From Azolla caroliniana (Eukaryota; Plantae; Polypodiophyta): a stretch of 64,000 bases of DNA. The DNA lies in assembly GCA_043228905.1 (NCBI GenBank), contig JBHGNT010000012.1:4898001-4962000 (forward strand), given 5' to 3'. Below, piece by piece: positions 38,345-51,530 of this stretch. The number at the start of each line of letters is the position of its first letter. The first letter of the stretch is position 1. The notes under the pieces were generated by a model. It searched no databases and had not been told where the DNA came from. It was given only the letters and a program-made list of their open reading frames with translations. The position numbers and the translations under genes were made by a program.

Positions 38345-38965
38345 CATGTAGGGATCGGGAAAGAGGTGGGAGAGGTAGGGTGATAATAGGAAAATAGGAG
38401 GGAGGAGTATAAGTGAAAATCTAGAAAAAATAAAGGGGAGGTGTAGGGTGATAATAAGAAAAGAGGAAGGAGGGGTATTAGTAAAAATCTAGACAAATGA
38501 AGGGGGCAGGGGTAGATTGAAAATTAGAGAAAATGGGCAAGGGTAGGAAGTAAAATTTAGAGAAGGGAGAGGGGTAGAGTGGAAATTAAAGCGAAAGAGG
38601 GGAGGCTAAAGTTAGATTTAGAAGATAAAAAGGAGGGGTAGAATAAGATTTAAGAGAGAAGGGAGGAAGGGTAGAATAAATTTAGTGAAAGAGGAAGGCT
38701 TGGAGTGGGAATAGGAAAACAAGAGGGAGGGGTAAAACGTGAAAATTAACAAGGTGAAAAGGGAGAGGGAGTAGAAATAGGTGGTAGAAGTCAAGTGGAT
38801 AGAAGTAGAATGAAATTAGTGAAAGGGAGGGGGGTAGAGTACAATTTAGAAAAGAGGAAGGAAGGGTAGAACGTAAAAAGGTAGAAGTCAAAGGAGGGTA
38901 GAATGAATTTTAGAAAAAGAGGGATAGAGCGAATTTTAGAAGTCAATAGGGGGGAGGGGTGAAGA
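38345..38965. repeat. Purine-rich degenerate repeat with a period of about 30 bp
   Basis: Recurrent GGAGGGGTAGA...AAATTAGA units. It resumes at 39350-39530 after the hAT fragment. Confidence 0.7.
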
Positions 38966-38974
38966 TTGGATCGG

Positions 38975-39345
38975 CAACGTCTCGGCTCAAGCCTAAACCA
39001 TTAGGCTAAAGCAGCTTAGCGGCTCGGCTCGGTTCGGCTCAGCTTAGGCTTGAGCCTGCCTTAACAGTTTGAGGTTGGCTTGGCTTGAGCCTCAATTTAA
39101 TTGTAATAAAATTATGAAGTTCAATATAAATTGTAAGAAAATTATGGCATGAAGTTGAATATTCATTGTAATTTGTCGTTTTCTCCCAAGTCGGTTCACA
39201 AATAGGTTTAGGACAAACCGGTTTAGGGATCGGTTTGGTTTGGTTCTGTTCAGGTTTGAAAACCCCTAAACGATTTAGGCTTAACCGGTTTGACTTGGAT
39301 AAGGCCAAACCGGCTAAGCTTAAACCGAACCGTTGCAGATCCCTA
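38975..39345 (-). mobile_element. hAT-like terminal fragment or MITE
   Basis: The minus strand begins TAGGGATCTGCAACGG and carries many subterminal AACCG/CGGTT repeats, as in Ac-type elements. Confidence 0.6.
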
Positions 39346-39529
39346 GGTGAAGTGACATATTAGATAAGGAGGGGGGAAGGGTAGGAGGAAAACAAAAGAT
39401 TTAAGGGGGGGAGGGGTATATTGAAATTAGAAGTGGAAGGGGGAAGGGTAGAAGGAAAAAGGGAGGGATAGAGTGAAGAAGTAACTAAATGAATTAAATG
39501 GGAGGGGGAGAAATAGGAGGTTAGAGTGA

Positions 39530-41025
39530 GACAAAATTTCAGTGCATCCATGTGGAAGGCATGGTGTGACATTAGACGAGGGCTCAAGTGCGATCAACCG
39601 AGGTCCCAACCTGCCTGGCTCAGTCAACGTATCCGATGGAACCAATGTATCAAGGATGAAGCTAATCAATTACTGGGATCACGTAAGGGGTTGTCATGGG
39701 GATACATTGCAGAAGGTCCAGGAAAAAGTATAGAATGTTGGTGACGGTTTATTACACTTCCACTACAAGATCAAGCCAACATACTCCATGGAATCAAGGG
39801 CAGATGGACAATGAGATCGGAAATCATTAATGCTCTACTAATTATGGAAACTGCTACTCAAAGGACGACGATGGAGAAATGAATAAGCCATGAGGAGGAG
39901 TGATATCTGATCCCGAGAGGTAGGGGAACACCAGACAGGATCAAAGGCTTTGATTTGCGAGACACTAAGACACCAACACAAAATAACGCAAATCGAGTAC
40001 TCGCGTATACTGGTCATAAATCGATTGTAGATCCTGATCCTCTCAAAGTACAACCCGATTAGCACATATGTACTCATGAAAACACATGGCTACGTAAGGT
40101 CAGTTGGGACCCTTTGCAATGGACATGGCGGGATCCTTACGCCGGGCAAGGAAGCAAACTCATCCCTTTCTTCCAATTCACAACGAGATTGGGTCGCCAC
40201 ATTCTAGCTGCTCAAACCGCCCGAAAGCCGGCTGCTGCAAAGGTCGACACACATTTCAAGTTCCTCCCACAATTATCACCATGTTTTGGCTGAAAATCTG
40301 GAAACAACAACACACGAGGCGAATTACCACGTTCCAATGGCTATTAATACATAAGTCCCTACCAATGGGAGCATGGCAACGTGGGAATCTTAGCTCTCCT
40401 AATTGTGTAGAGTGCCCACATGCAATAGAATCAATACGACACGCTCTATGGGACTGCCCAACGTCCCATCGAATATGGCGGGGGGTTGGCCGCTTGTTGC
40501 AATTATGCCAGGTGCAAGGCTCAATCAAGTGGGGAAATATATGTTGGCTATCGTGGTAGACCCCAATTGGCAGATATGAGCATCAGGTGGAGAGGATGAC
40601 TTTGGTGATAAAAGCACAAGAGGTCTTTCTCTCCTCCAGCGGCAATGTCCACTCCACTCCTCTTAATGACAAATCTCAAGCTAGGTTGGAATTGGTCAGC
40701 CCGATAACTCTTTGGATTCTATGGAAACAATGGTGTAGACGGGTCTTCTCCAACCAAACCGCGCATCCAACAAGGTTACTACAAGAGATATGGAGTGAAA
40801 TTGTAGCCACTCTAAAGAGCCAATATGATGGCCTCAAGGGCGGTTCCGATGGAGTTGAAAGACAACGAATAGCCTTCATCCAACAATGGTTGTCCTCTCC
40901 CTTTCTTGAGTCAGTGGGCATCCACATAAGATGGAACTATCGCGTCCCTATAGGGATTTGTACATAATCATTTCATTTGTAAAATTTTATAACTAATGGA
41001 AGGAGTTTTTTTGGGAAAATAAAAA
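39530..41025 (+). mobile_element. 5'-truncated L1-like LINE, same family as 33806-34670
   Basis: 40186-41000 is highly similar to 33808-34630. It has a zf-RVT motif and a short A-rich end. Confidence 0.88.
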
Positions 41026-41254
41026 CACTAGTTATGAGAAGAGAGTATGTGAGTGGATTATAATGCACACTCGGACATCCACCAAGTGTTTGATTATACA
41101 CGTGTTTCACAATTGACCCACATACATGCATTCACTACTTATAGGATCACACACGTGTTGGATCACACACTACTTAATTTATAAAGTTAAAAGGAGGGCG
41201 GTAATGGTATGAAGAAGATATACACATACCAATACATATGCATACGCATACGCA

Positions 41255-41265
41255 AACACACACAG

Positions 41266-41348
<83 letters not shown>
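41255..41348. repeat. (CA)n microsatellite, left flank of the MULE
   Basis: Seen directly. A CA tract resumes at 63105. Confidence 0.95.
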
Positions 41349-41349
<1 letters not shown>

Positions 41350-41552
41350 CGTGGTGTCTAACTACCACCAAATATTTATGAGGGAAAGTGAAGGAATCGT
41401 GGAGAGGGACGGAGCAGGTCGCTAGATGAGGGCGCATGCGATCTGGACCGTCCAATCTGGATGAAGAAAAAGCCCGCCATCAAAAGTTCAAATTTTGGGG
41501 AGCCCCTCTCATTAAAGAAGGAGCTCGACTCTGTGAAAGGGAGCTTGACTCA
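41350..41552 (+). repeat. Left TIR and subterminal region of the MULE
   Basis: Inverted match to the right end, plus GGAGCycGACT motifs. Confidence 0.85.
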
Positions 41553-42313
41553 TTAGTTTAGGATTTATTATAAAAACCCATACCTGTCATTTTTGCCTGT
41601 TTACAAACAGGTAGCCAGAGGTTTAGGGTTTAGGGTTTAGGAGCGAGGCGCACCACCTGCTGTCCGTGAGCACCTGTTGTAGGCATCTTCAGTGAGGCAC
41701 ACCACCTGTTGTCCTGTAGTCCGCGAGCACCTGCTTACATGTTGTCCAGAGGTATGTATCATATTTCTTGTCTATTTATGAATTGCTTAAGATTTGTGTG
41801 TTCAATTTGTGAAAGCTCAGAAATCTCATCCTATTTACTGAAGATGACATGCTCGTGTATTTTTCTCTTGGAATTGTTGGAGAAAAAAATTGATATGATA
41901 TCTATCGTAAACGAGTCTTTCTAGCCGTTAAGCTGATTCACAACGTTTCTATGTACTCGGTTTTTTGATGAATGAGGAACTACTTAGAAGGCTATGCATG
42001 CTAATGTGACAACAACTATGTTACTTAAAATCCTCCATGAGATAACAATAATGTTCTTATGGTGTATCCTACTCCATTTTGTATTCAATCAACCCAGACA
42101 AAAATAGTCTTCTCTCCAGTTTTGGCCATGTTGCAATACTTCCTTCTCAAGTTGGTGACATACTCTTGACAAACTTAGGTAATAAGAAAAAACCTAAACA
42201 AAACATAGAGTCCATTTAATAGTCCATAATCTCCTGAATATCATAATACGGTGAAGGATAGGATCATGATGAAATTGTTCTCTCACATAATCTGAAGCGT
42301 TTAGATTGTCTGT

Positions 42314-42370
42314 TGTCGCGTTGTTACGAGCGTGCGTGTAGAAGGGGCGAGAGTACTGGGGACTTGGACC

Positions 42371-42411
<41 letters not shown>

Positions 42412-42988
42412 CAGAAGCGAGAAGGAGAGATATAGAATGGAACACTTAATTACAATGACAAGAGATTACAAACTCCGACGGTTACAACCGTCAAGGCGGT
42501 GATGGGCCCGACACGGGGACCCTACTCACGCACAAAGGCGGAAAATATTGGACCCAGAGAAACGTAGAAGGAAAGGCCTCTACTGGCAGCGCACGGGCTA
42601 CCCACGAAGTAGAGGCGTCGAACTCCCAAGCACCCACAGAGAATGACGGTCGGAGGAGGAGAGAGAGTTCGGCCCTCGGTCCTACAGCACTTCGTCCTCC
42701 TTAACATGTGATATTTTTATCTTCCTTCTCTCCCTCCTTAAATAGTTCGCAAAAAAAAGGGGGGGGTACCCCCTTTCTCCCTAGTCAAATCGCTTTATTC
42801 CCTGTCCCTTCTGACAGAGATACGCACAATCCCCTACTAAATGTGTACTACTTAGTATTTACATCAGCCGATCCATTTATGAATCATGTACAAAATATCA
42901 AAATATCAATTCACGCATCCATCCGTGTAAGAGCCGGTCCATGCGCCCTTTTCTCCGATTCCGCTTATGGCCGGTTGTCTTCACGACA
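42314..42988 (-). repeat. 3' LTR of element C
   Basis: Direct repeat of 55684-56399; the length difference is mainly in the internal (GA)n tract. Confidence 0.95.
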
Positions 42989-45900
42989 TCCACCCCCACC
43001 AAACCACGCATCCACCGGCATGCGCCAGAGACGGATAGTTACCGAAGAAAACCGGCTTCACTCGTCGCTCTCCAATTCTCCGTCGGGCCTGAACTGATTG
43101 TCGTTGCCACTCCTGCTCGCAGGCTCCGACTCGTCTTCAAACCGTTTCTTGAACGCTTTGATCCGCTTCTCAGCCACCGGCACCGCTAACCGTGTCCCGT
43201 CGAGTTTCACGAGGTGGTATGTGCCGTTGTCGTTCGCGCTCGTCACCGTGTAGGGCCCGAACCACCTCCTAGCAAACTTCCGCACCGTCTTGTGTTGATT
43301 GTCGAGGCTACTGTCGTACACCAAGACCTAGTCGCCTTCCTCAATCTTCTTCGGTCGCAACCAGTGGGTCCGGTTGAACCGGGTCTTGTTCCGCTCCCTT
43401 GCCGCCCGCAGCTTTTCCTTCGCCCTTTTTATGTCCTCCGGCCTCCGCTCGAGTTGCCGAATCCGCGCCGCCAGCAACTCCTCCCGGCTCATCTCGTCCT
43501 TCCAATGTACCGCCGCCCACGAAGAAACCGTCCGTTCCACTGGCATGATCGGCTTCTGTCCATACATCAGCTCTGCCGGCATAAACCCTGTTACCGAACT
43601 GTGCGTAGTTCGGTCCACCCATAGTGCGTAAGGAAGGAGTCGTGGCCAATTCCCGACCTGCCCTCCGCATGCATGCACCAACCCTAAACCCTAAACCCTC
43701 CGGATTATACGCCGTAGTGAGGGAGAGTTTGACCCCTAGCCGGTCGAACAACTCCTCAGCCTCCCTCGCATCCAGCTCTCCCCGGTCCGCCACGATCCTC
43801 CCGACGCACCCGTATCGACACACTACCTCTTCGATCAGGAACCGGCATACCGCCGCAGTTGTCTTGTTCTGCAGTGGACGGCCTTCCACCTGGTTCGTTA
43901 AGTCTTCTTGCGCAAGCACCAGGTATCACATATGTCCTGCTCCCATCGGCATCGTCACCATGTCCACCATCCACTTGAAATGGACCGCATGCGGGTAAGT
44001 CGGTGTAGCTCGTCCCGATGTCGGACTACGGAGTGCATTTGACAGCTTTCTCAAGTCGTTACGAACCGATGCACGTCCTGGTACAACCCCGGCCACCAAT
44101 ACTTCTCCTTCAGCTTCTCAAACGTGGCCCACGTTCCGCGGTGCCCGGCTCAGGGACTCTCGTGAAATGCCGCTAGTAGTTCCTCCTGTTCTTCTTTCTT
44201 TGCCATTACTCGGAGGGGGATGCCGTTTCTTTTCTTTGGGTGCCTCCATATGCACCCGTCCCGTAGGAAGAATCGGTATGCCTTCTTCTGTACCTGGCTC
44301 GCCTCTTCTCTTGTCCACGCTACGTCCGGCGTCATCGCCCGTAGGAACCTCCCGATTTGGGGCCACTCCCCGTCGTACCTGCTTTCGTCAAATTCGTTAA
44401 GCGCCGGAGTGTCCCCTTCCCTTGTCGTCACATTAGCCGACTCGAAGAAGTACTCGCCGACTTCATCGTCATCCGAAACCATGCCATCTTCATCGTTGAA
44501 CCTTGCTCTCGAAAGCATGTCGGCCATGGTGTTATCCTTTCCAGAGATGTGCCGTATCTCCGGGTTCAGGGACTTAATGTACGCTATCCACCGGAGCATT
44601 GCTAGGTCCGGCGTCGCGCATCCGGAAACCATCCCGAGTATTGGCAGGCAATCCGTCTCGATTGTTACCTCCGTCTCGATTAGGTAATCCCCGTCGGCCT
44701 TGACTGCCGAAACGATACCCCATAGTTCGCGCTTGACTTGGGCGTATCCTCGTTGTTGCTCGCCTAATACCTTCGCCCCGAACCGGATCGGGAACCACGC
44801 GTCGTTCTCGTCCTCCTGGTTGATCACCCACCCGATCCTGGTCGGGCTCGTGTCCACCGTTACGTAGATGGGGACCCCCTTACCGTAAACCGCTTTACAG
44901 AGAGTTGGCATTACCGTAAGCGCCTCCTTTAGTCTCTAGACCGACTCCATGTGCTCCGTCCTCCACTCAAAGCTACGCCCCTTTTTCAATAGTCCGTAGA
45001 GGGGTTCCACGACATGTGCGTAGTGCGGGATCCAGATGTGGTAGAATGCGCATGCCCCCAAGAATCTGCGGACCTCCGTGACCGACCCGCAATCGTTCCT
45101 CATCGCGGAGATGGCCTCTACCTTTGCCGGAGACGGTTTCCTACCATAAACCCCGCACAAGTGTCCGACCACCAAGATCTCCGACTACCCGAACGCCGAT
45201 TTTTCTCTGGAGAAGGTGAGTCGTGCACTTTCGAGCCTCTGCAGCACCTTCTCGCAGTCGTTGATGTGGTTCACGACGAACCTCTGGCATTCGTCTGGCC
45301 CGACAGTCTCGTCCGCGTCATCCTTCGGACACCCCTTTATAAGGATGTCGTCCAAGAATGGCATGGTGATGTCCGAGATGCAGTCCCTGAGCACCTTGTT
45401 CATTGCGTTCACCATATGCGCCACCAAATTTGTCCCGCCTTGTGGTAGGGTACACATTCGTACCAAGTCGAGAGGAGTTTGCATCGTCGAATATCCCTGC
45501 TCTCCACGGCTAGCTGGAACTGGTCGTACCCCGAGTATAAGACACTGACCGAATAGATCGACCTTCCAATGAAGGCCTCCGCGAACTCGTCTATGGTCGG
45601 TCCGATTCCTGCATTATGGATGGTCACCCTGTTGACCGGTTGCAGGTCCTGAATGAAGCGTAGCGTGCCGTTCTTCTTCAGCACCATAAACCACCGATTC
45701 GAATACGGGGCACTCGACGGTTCAAGGATGCCCATCTCCACCTTTTGCTTCAGAAGCTCCATCAACTTCGGGATGTGAGCTCTTGGCACCGGAATTGGTT
45801 TGAGATTCCACGGTACATGCAGTACCGTGAAGATCACCATCGGTTTGACGATCGTTGGGTCCACGCACCCGATCTCCTCCGGCGAGAATGCGAAGGCTTT

Positions 45901-47260
45901 CCCATGCCTTCCGAGCATTCTCCAAAACCTGTCCTCCTCCGCCGGAAGTAGAAAGCCACCCCCACCAACCTTGAGCTCTCGTAGCGTTGTGTCGGTGAAC
46001 CGGTGCCCTATGGCAGCCGGATTCCGTAAACTTGGGTCCGATGCGACCCCTTTTATCTGCTGCTCGCTGCCCCCTGGCAAGGGTGCCGCGACTGGCCTCA
46101 CCTTCCGTCCACAATCTTGTACTTTGTATCCATGCGGGTTGTCCGATCCGACTCGATCCTCTCCCCGAGGTCTACGATAACTTCATACATTCCCATCGAA
46201 CCTACCGGAACGGTCCGGTCTTCTCTAAGGTCTTCATCGACCACCTTTCGCAACTCGCCCAAGGTGTCGTCAAAAGAGACCGCCTCCACGGTGCTGCCGA
46301 TCTCTTCGTCGGGGGAGAGGACTCCGCATGTCCTGAGCCGTTCGTCCGCTCGCTTCCTTTCCCGGCCGCTGACGCCGGCCATAGTACAACCTCCGTTGTC
46401 GAAGAACCAAAATTTCCTACCTATGGTACAAGTCTTCTTCCGTACTGTACATTTGTGGGGTTCTTCCCGGGTGTCTGGACTATCGCGGCCCCATGCCTTG
46501 ATAGCCCTCTCTTAAAATCCCCTCGGGTTTCGTTGCCGAGGGCCTCGCGGTTACGCTCATGGTTTGGTCGCACCGTCAGGAACTGGACCGAGTGACGCCC
46601 GTCCTGGCTCTTGACTCTTGTATAGGCCGAATCATTGTCCAGCACCTTGGTCTCCATCCGTGTCGCCGTGATGTATGGCTCTCCTAGTATAACCAGATGC
46701 GAGCACATCTCCTACATGAAGAAGTGCTGGTCGATCTCGACATCGCCAATTTTCACCCGTATGTTTGGATAGGTCCCATGTAGTTCTTCCGTGGCGCGCG
46801 TCGTTGCCCGTATTTTCCAACCGTGCTTGGTGTTGATCGGCCGTTATTCCAACGCCACCACCAGTTCCGGAACGTTGCCGATCCGTACAGGGGTTTCTAT
46901 AGTTGCCCTGGCCCAATGCGGCTTCGTGTAGTGGCTTCCCGCCAACTCGTCTTCTGGGGCCGCGTCTTCCAAGTGTGTGGTCCGCACCTCCACCGACTTC
47001 TCCGGTTTCGGCTCCGTCGAGAGCCTCTTCCGCTTCACCAAGTCTACGATGGAGTCGTGGAACTCCCTCTTGGCAATTCCCAGCACCTCCCGCAACGACA
47101 ACTCAGCTTTACTGTCGAGGATACGTTCCTCCAGGACCTTTCGCAGGTCTGTGGTCCTTTCGATTTCGGTGCTCAACCGAAACCCCGCCTACTTCTTTCC
47201 GTCCGGCGCGCTTGGGTTGTCGGCACCGGTCGGTTTCGGTCCGAACTGGGTCTCATACGT

Positions 47261-47956
47261 TGTCGAGGTACTCCTCGCGGATGCGTGGAATGAGGCGGAA
47301 CCTCGGGGGTCTTGTACCGAAGAGCAATAGGGAAAGGAGAAGGGAAGGGACCCACTACGTGCGAGCGTGGATCCACAGGGACACGGCCCTTCGACACGAA
47401 GACGCGAGCGTGGAAACCAACACAGAGAGGCACAACGGTATGTAGATCCACAGGGACACGACCCTTCGACACGAAGACGCGAGTGTGGAAGCCAACACAG
47501 AGAGGCACAACGGTATGTAAGTATATATTAACAGAGACAAACAACAAAAGCACGAAGTCGGTTACAACCGAACAGGCCGGCGAACAGATGCCGATGCCTG
47601 TTCGCAAACGCTCAGAAAGGAAGGAGTAGGTTGGAGGTGCTGCCGGAAGCACTCGGGCATTCCTCAGAGCAGCGTGAGCCTCACGAAACCTACACAGAAA
47701 GAAGCTACGGAGAGGATGGAAGAGAGAGAAGCCTTCGACCGACAGCCTGACAACCCTTCCTCCTCTCTGATTCCGCGATTTTATAGGCAAGAAGGGAGCC
47801 GTTTCTTATTAATTTCCTACCTACCGAATCTATCTACCTAGGATCTTCCATGTCCCTAATTCTCTCTTATGTACAACATAAGACGTACGTGCATGAAGAG
47901 CCGGTTCCTATGTTCCGGCGCACCGATTCCGCTCGTGGACGGTTTTCTTCACGACA
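47261..47956 (-). repeat. 3' LTR of element D (696 bp, with a 75-bp internal duplication)
   Basis: Matches 53694-54314 apart from the duplication 47370-47444/47445-47519. Confidence 0.95.
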
Positions 47957-50900
47957 TCCGCCCCCACCTAACCGCGCATCCACCGGCATGCGCCAAGTTG
48001 AGTTGGGACGGAGAAAACCGGTCCAGCCTCCATTCCCCGCCTGTCGGTTCTTCCTCGGTTTCGGACCGTTCGTCATTCCGGTTCAGGTTAACCGGATCCG
48101 GCTCGTCGTCGTGACGCTTCTTGAACGCTTTGATCCGCTTCCCAGCTACCGGTATCGCCATTCTCGTGCCGTCGAGTTCCGCCAGATGGTACGTCCCGTT
48201 GTTGTTGGCGCTTTGTACCACGTAAGGCCTGAACCACCTCCTTGCGAACTTCCGTGTCGCTCGGTGCTGGTTGTCGAGGCTGCTGTCGTAGACTAGCACC
48301 CAGTCGCCTTCCTTGATCTTCTCCGGTCGGAGTCGGTGCGTTCGGTCGAACCGGGCTTTGTTCCTCATCCTTGCTTCCCGAAGCTTTCCCGCAGCCTGCT
48401 CCACGTCTTCCGGCCTTCGCTCGAGCTGACGTATGCGCGCCGCCAATAGTTCCTCCCGGCTCATCTCGTCTCTCCAGTCCACGGTTGCCCATGAGAAGAT
48501 TGTAAGTTCCATCGGCATGATCGGCTTCTGCCCAAACATGAGCTCTGCCGGCATGAATCCGGTTACCGAACTGTGCGTAGTTCGGTCAGCCCACAACACG
48601 TAAGGCAGCAGCCGCGGCCAGTTCCCGACTTGACCTCCGCATGCCCGAACTAACGCCTTGACGATCGGTCCGTGTCCGCGCTCCACCTTTCCATTCGCCT
48701 CCGGATTGTACGCAGTGGTAAGCGAGAGCTTGACTCCTAACCGGTCGAACAGCTCCTCGGCCTCTTCGGCGTCCAACTCCCCGCAATCAGCCACGATCTT
48801 CCCGACGCACCCGTACCGGCATATCACGTCCTCGATCAGGAACCGACATACGACTGCAGTCGTTTTGTTCTGAAGGGCCCGACCTTCCACCTGGTTCGTC
48901 AGATCTTCCCGAGCCAGGACCAGATACCGCATCTGTCCTACTCCCATCGGCATCGTCACCAGGTCTACCATCCATTTGAAGTGGATGGTCGGAGGGTACG
49001 TAGGGTGAAGCCCGTCCCAATGTCGGACTACGGAGTGCATTTGACAGCTCTCGCAAGTTGTCACGAACCGATGCACGTCCCGGTACAGTCCCGGCCACCA
49101 GTACTTCCCCTTTATCTTCTCGAATGTGGCCCACGTTCCACGGTGGCCAGCCCAAGGGCTGTCGTGGTAAGCCGTCAGCATCTCCTCCTGATCTTCCTTC
49201 ATCGCCACCACCCGGAGCGGGACGTCGTTCCTCTTCTTCGGGTGCTTCCATAAGTATCCGTCCCGGAGAAAGAATCGGTAAGCTTTCTTCCGGATCCGAT
49301 CGGCCTCGTCCTTCGGCCATGACGCATCCGGCGTCATTGTCCTCAAAAATCCACCGATCTGGAGCCACTCGCCGTCGTACTTGCTCTCGTCGAAGTCGTT
49401 AAGTGCCAGAGTGCTCGTCCCATCGGTCATCACGTACGCTGCCTCGAAGAAGTCCACGCCGACTTCTTCGTCCTCCGAAACCATGCCGCCCTCGTCATCA
49501 AACCTCGCCCTCGAAAGCATGTCGGCCATGGCGTTGTCCTTTCCGGAAATGTGCCGTATTTCCGGGTCCAGGGACTTGATGTACGCTATCCACCTGAGCA
49601 TCGCCAGGTCCGGTGTCGCGCATCCGGAAACCATGCCGAGAATTGGCAGGCAATCTGTTTCGATAATCACTTCCGTCCCGATCAGGTAGTCTTTGTCGGC
49701 CTTTACTGCCGAAACGATACCCCAGAGTTCGCGTTTAACCTGGGCGTACCCTCGCTGTCGCTCACTGAGGACCTTCGCGCTGAATCGGATCGGGAACCGA
49801 ATGCCGTCCCCGTCTTCTTGGTTGACGACCCATCCGATCCCGGTCGGACTCGTATCCACCGTTATGTATACCGGGGTACCCTTCTCGTAGACAGCCTTCC
49901 GGAGCGCCGGTGCTGCCGCAAGAGCTTCCTTCAGCTTCCGGACCGACTCCGTGTGCTCGTCTCGCCACTCGAATTTTCGCCCTTTCTTCAGCAACCCGTA
50001 TAGTGGCTCCGCAACGTGGGCGTAATGCGGGATCCATATGTGGTAGAATGCGCATGCCCCCAAGAACCTCCGAACTTCCGTAACCAAGCTACAGTCGGTC
50101 TTCATCACGGAGATGGTTTCTACCTTTGCCGGAGACGGCTTCCGGCCATATGGTCCACATAGGTGTCCGACCACCAGGATTTCTGATTGCCCGAAGGCCG
50201 ATTTCTCCCCGGAGAAGGTGAGCCTCGCATCCTCTAGCCTTTGCAGCACCTTCTCGTAGTCGTCGATGTGTGTTGCCATGAATCGCTGGTATCCGTCCGG
50301 TCCGAGTGTTGCGTCCTTCTCTTCTACCGGGCACCCCTTGATCGGAATGTCGTCTAGAAATGGCATGGTGATGTCCGGGATGCAATCCCTCAGTACCTTG
50401 TTCATTGCATTCACCATGTGGGCCACCGAGTTGGTCCCTCCTTGTGGCAGGGTACACATTCGCACTAGGCCGAGGGGGGTTCGCATTGTCGTAATGTCTC
50501 TGCTCTCCACGGCTAGCTGGAACTGGTCTTACCCCGAGTACAGATCACCGACCGAGTAAATCGACCTTCCGACGAAGGCCTCCGCGAACTCGTTTATGGT
50601 CGGTCCGATTCCCGCGTTCCGAACGGTCACTCTGTTGACCGGTTGCAGGTCTTGAATGAAGCGCAATGTTCTGTTTTTCTTTGGTACGGTAAACCATTGG
50701 TTCGAGTATGGGGCACTTGACGGTTCGAGAATGCCCATATTGACTTTCTGCCTCAATAGCTCCATCAACTTCGGGATGTGAGCTCTCGGTACTGGAATCG
50801 GCTTGAGATTCCACGGTACATGCGGTACCGTGAATATCACCATCGACTCCACGATTGTCGAGTCTACGCACCCGATCTCTTCCGGTGAGAATGCGAAGGC

Positions 50901-51530
50901 TTTCCCGTGCCTTCCGAGCATCCTCCGAAACCGGTCTTCCTTCGCCGGCAGTAGGAACCCACCCCCACTGATTTTGAGCTCCCGGAGCGTTCCATCGGTG
51001 AAGTTGTGTCCTATGCAGACCGGATCTCGCAAACTGGGGTCCGACGCAACCCCTCTGATCCGGGACTCGTTGCCCTCCGGTAAGGGTGCCGCGATTGGCC
51101 TTACCTTCCGGTCCACAGTCTTGTACTTCGTGCTAACTCGGGCCGTCCGATCCGACCCGAGCCCCCGACTGAAGTTCGCGATGACTTCGTACATCTCTTC
51201 GGAACATACCGGTATCGTCCGGTCTTCGTTAAGGTCTTCTCTGGCTACCTTCCTCGGCATTCCCAAGGTGTCGTCGAAGGAGACCACCTCCACGGCTCCG
51301 CTGATTTCCTCGTCCGGGCCGAGAACTCCGCACGCTCGAAGTCGCTCCTCCGCCCTTGCCCTTTCTCGGCCAACGATGCCGACTATCATACACCCTCCGT
51401 TGTTGGAGAAGCAGAATTTTCTACCTATCTTACAAGGTTTCTTCTGTTTCGGTTCTATCATACAGTTGTGGGGTCTTTCCCGAGTGTCCGGACTGTCTCG
51501 ACCCCACGCCTTGGTAGCCCTCTCTAAAAA
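47949..51530 (-). pseudogene. Element D ORF2: RT, RNase H and integrase (one in-frame stop), in the -1 frame relative to ORF1
   Basis: Motifs IQDLQPVN, LPQGGTNS, FLDD, VDTSP, H..H..C..C, WMVDLV and NGKVERG. ORFs 50529-51461 and 47949-50510 are in the same frame. Confidence 0.92.
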
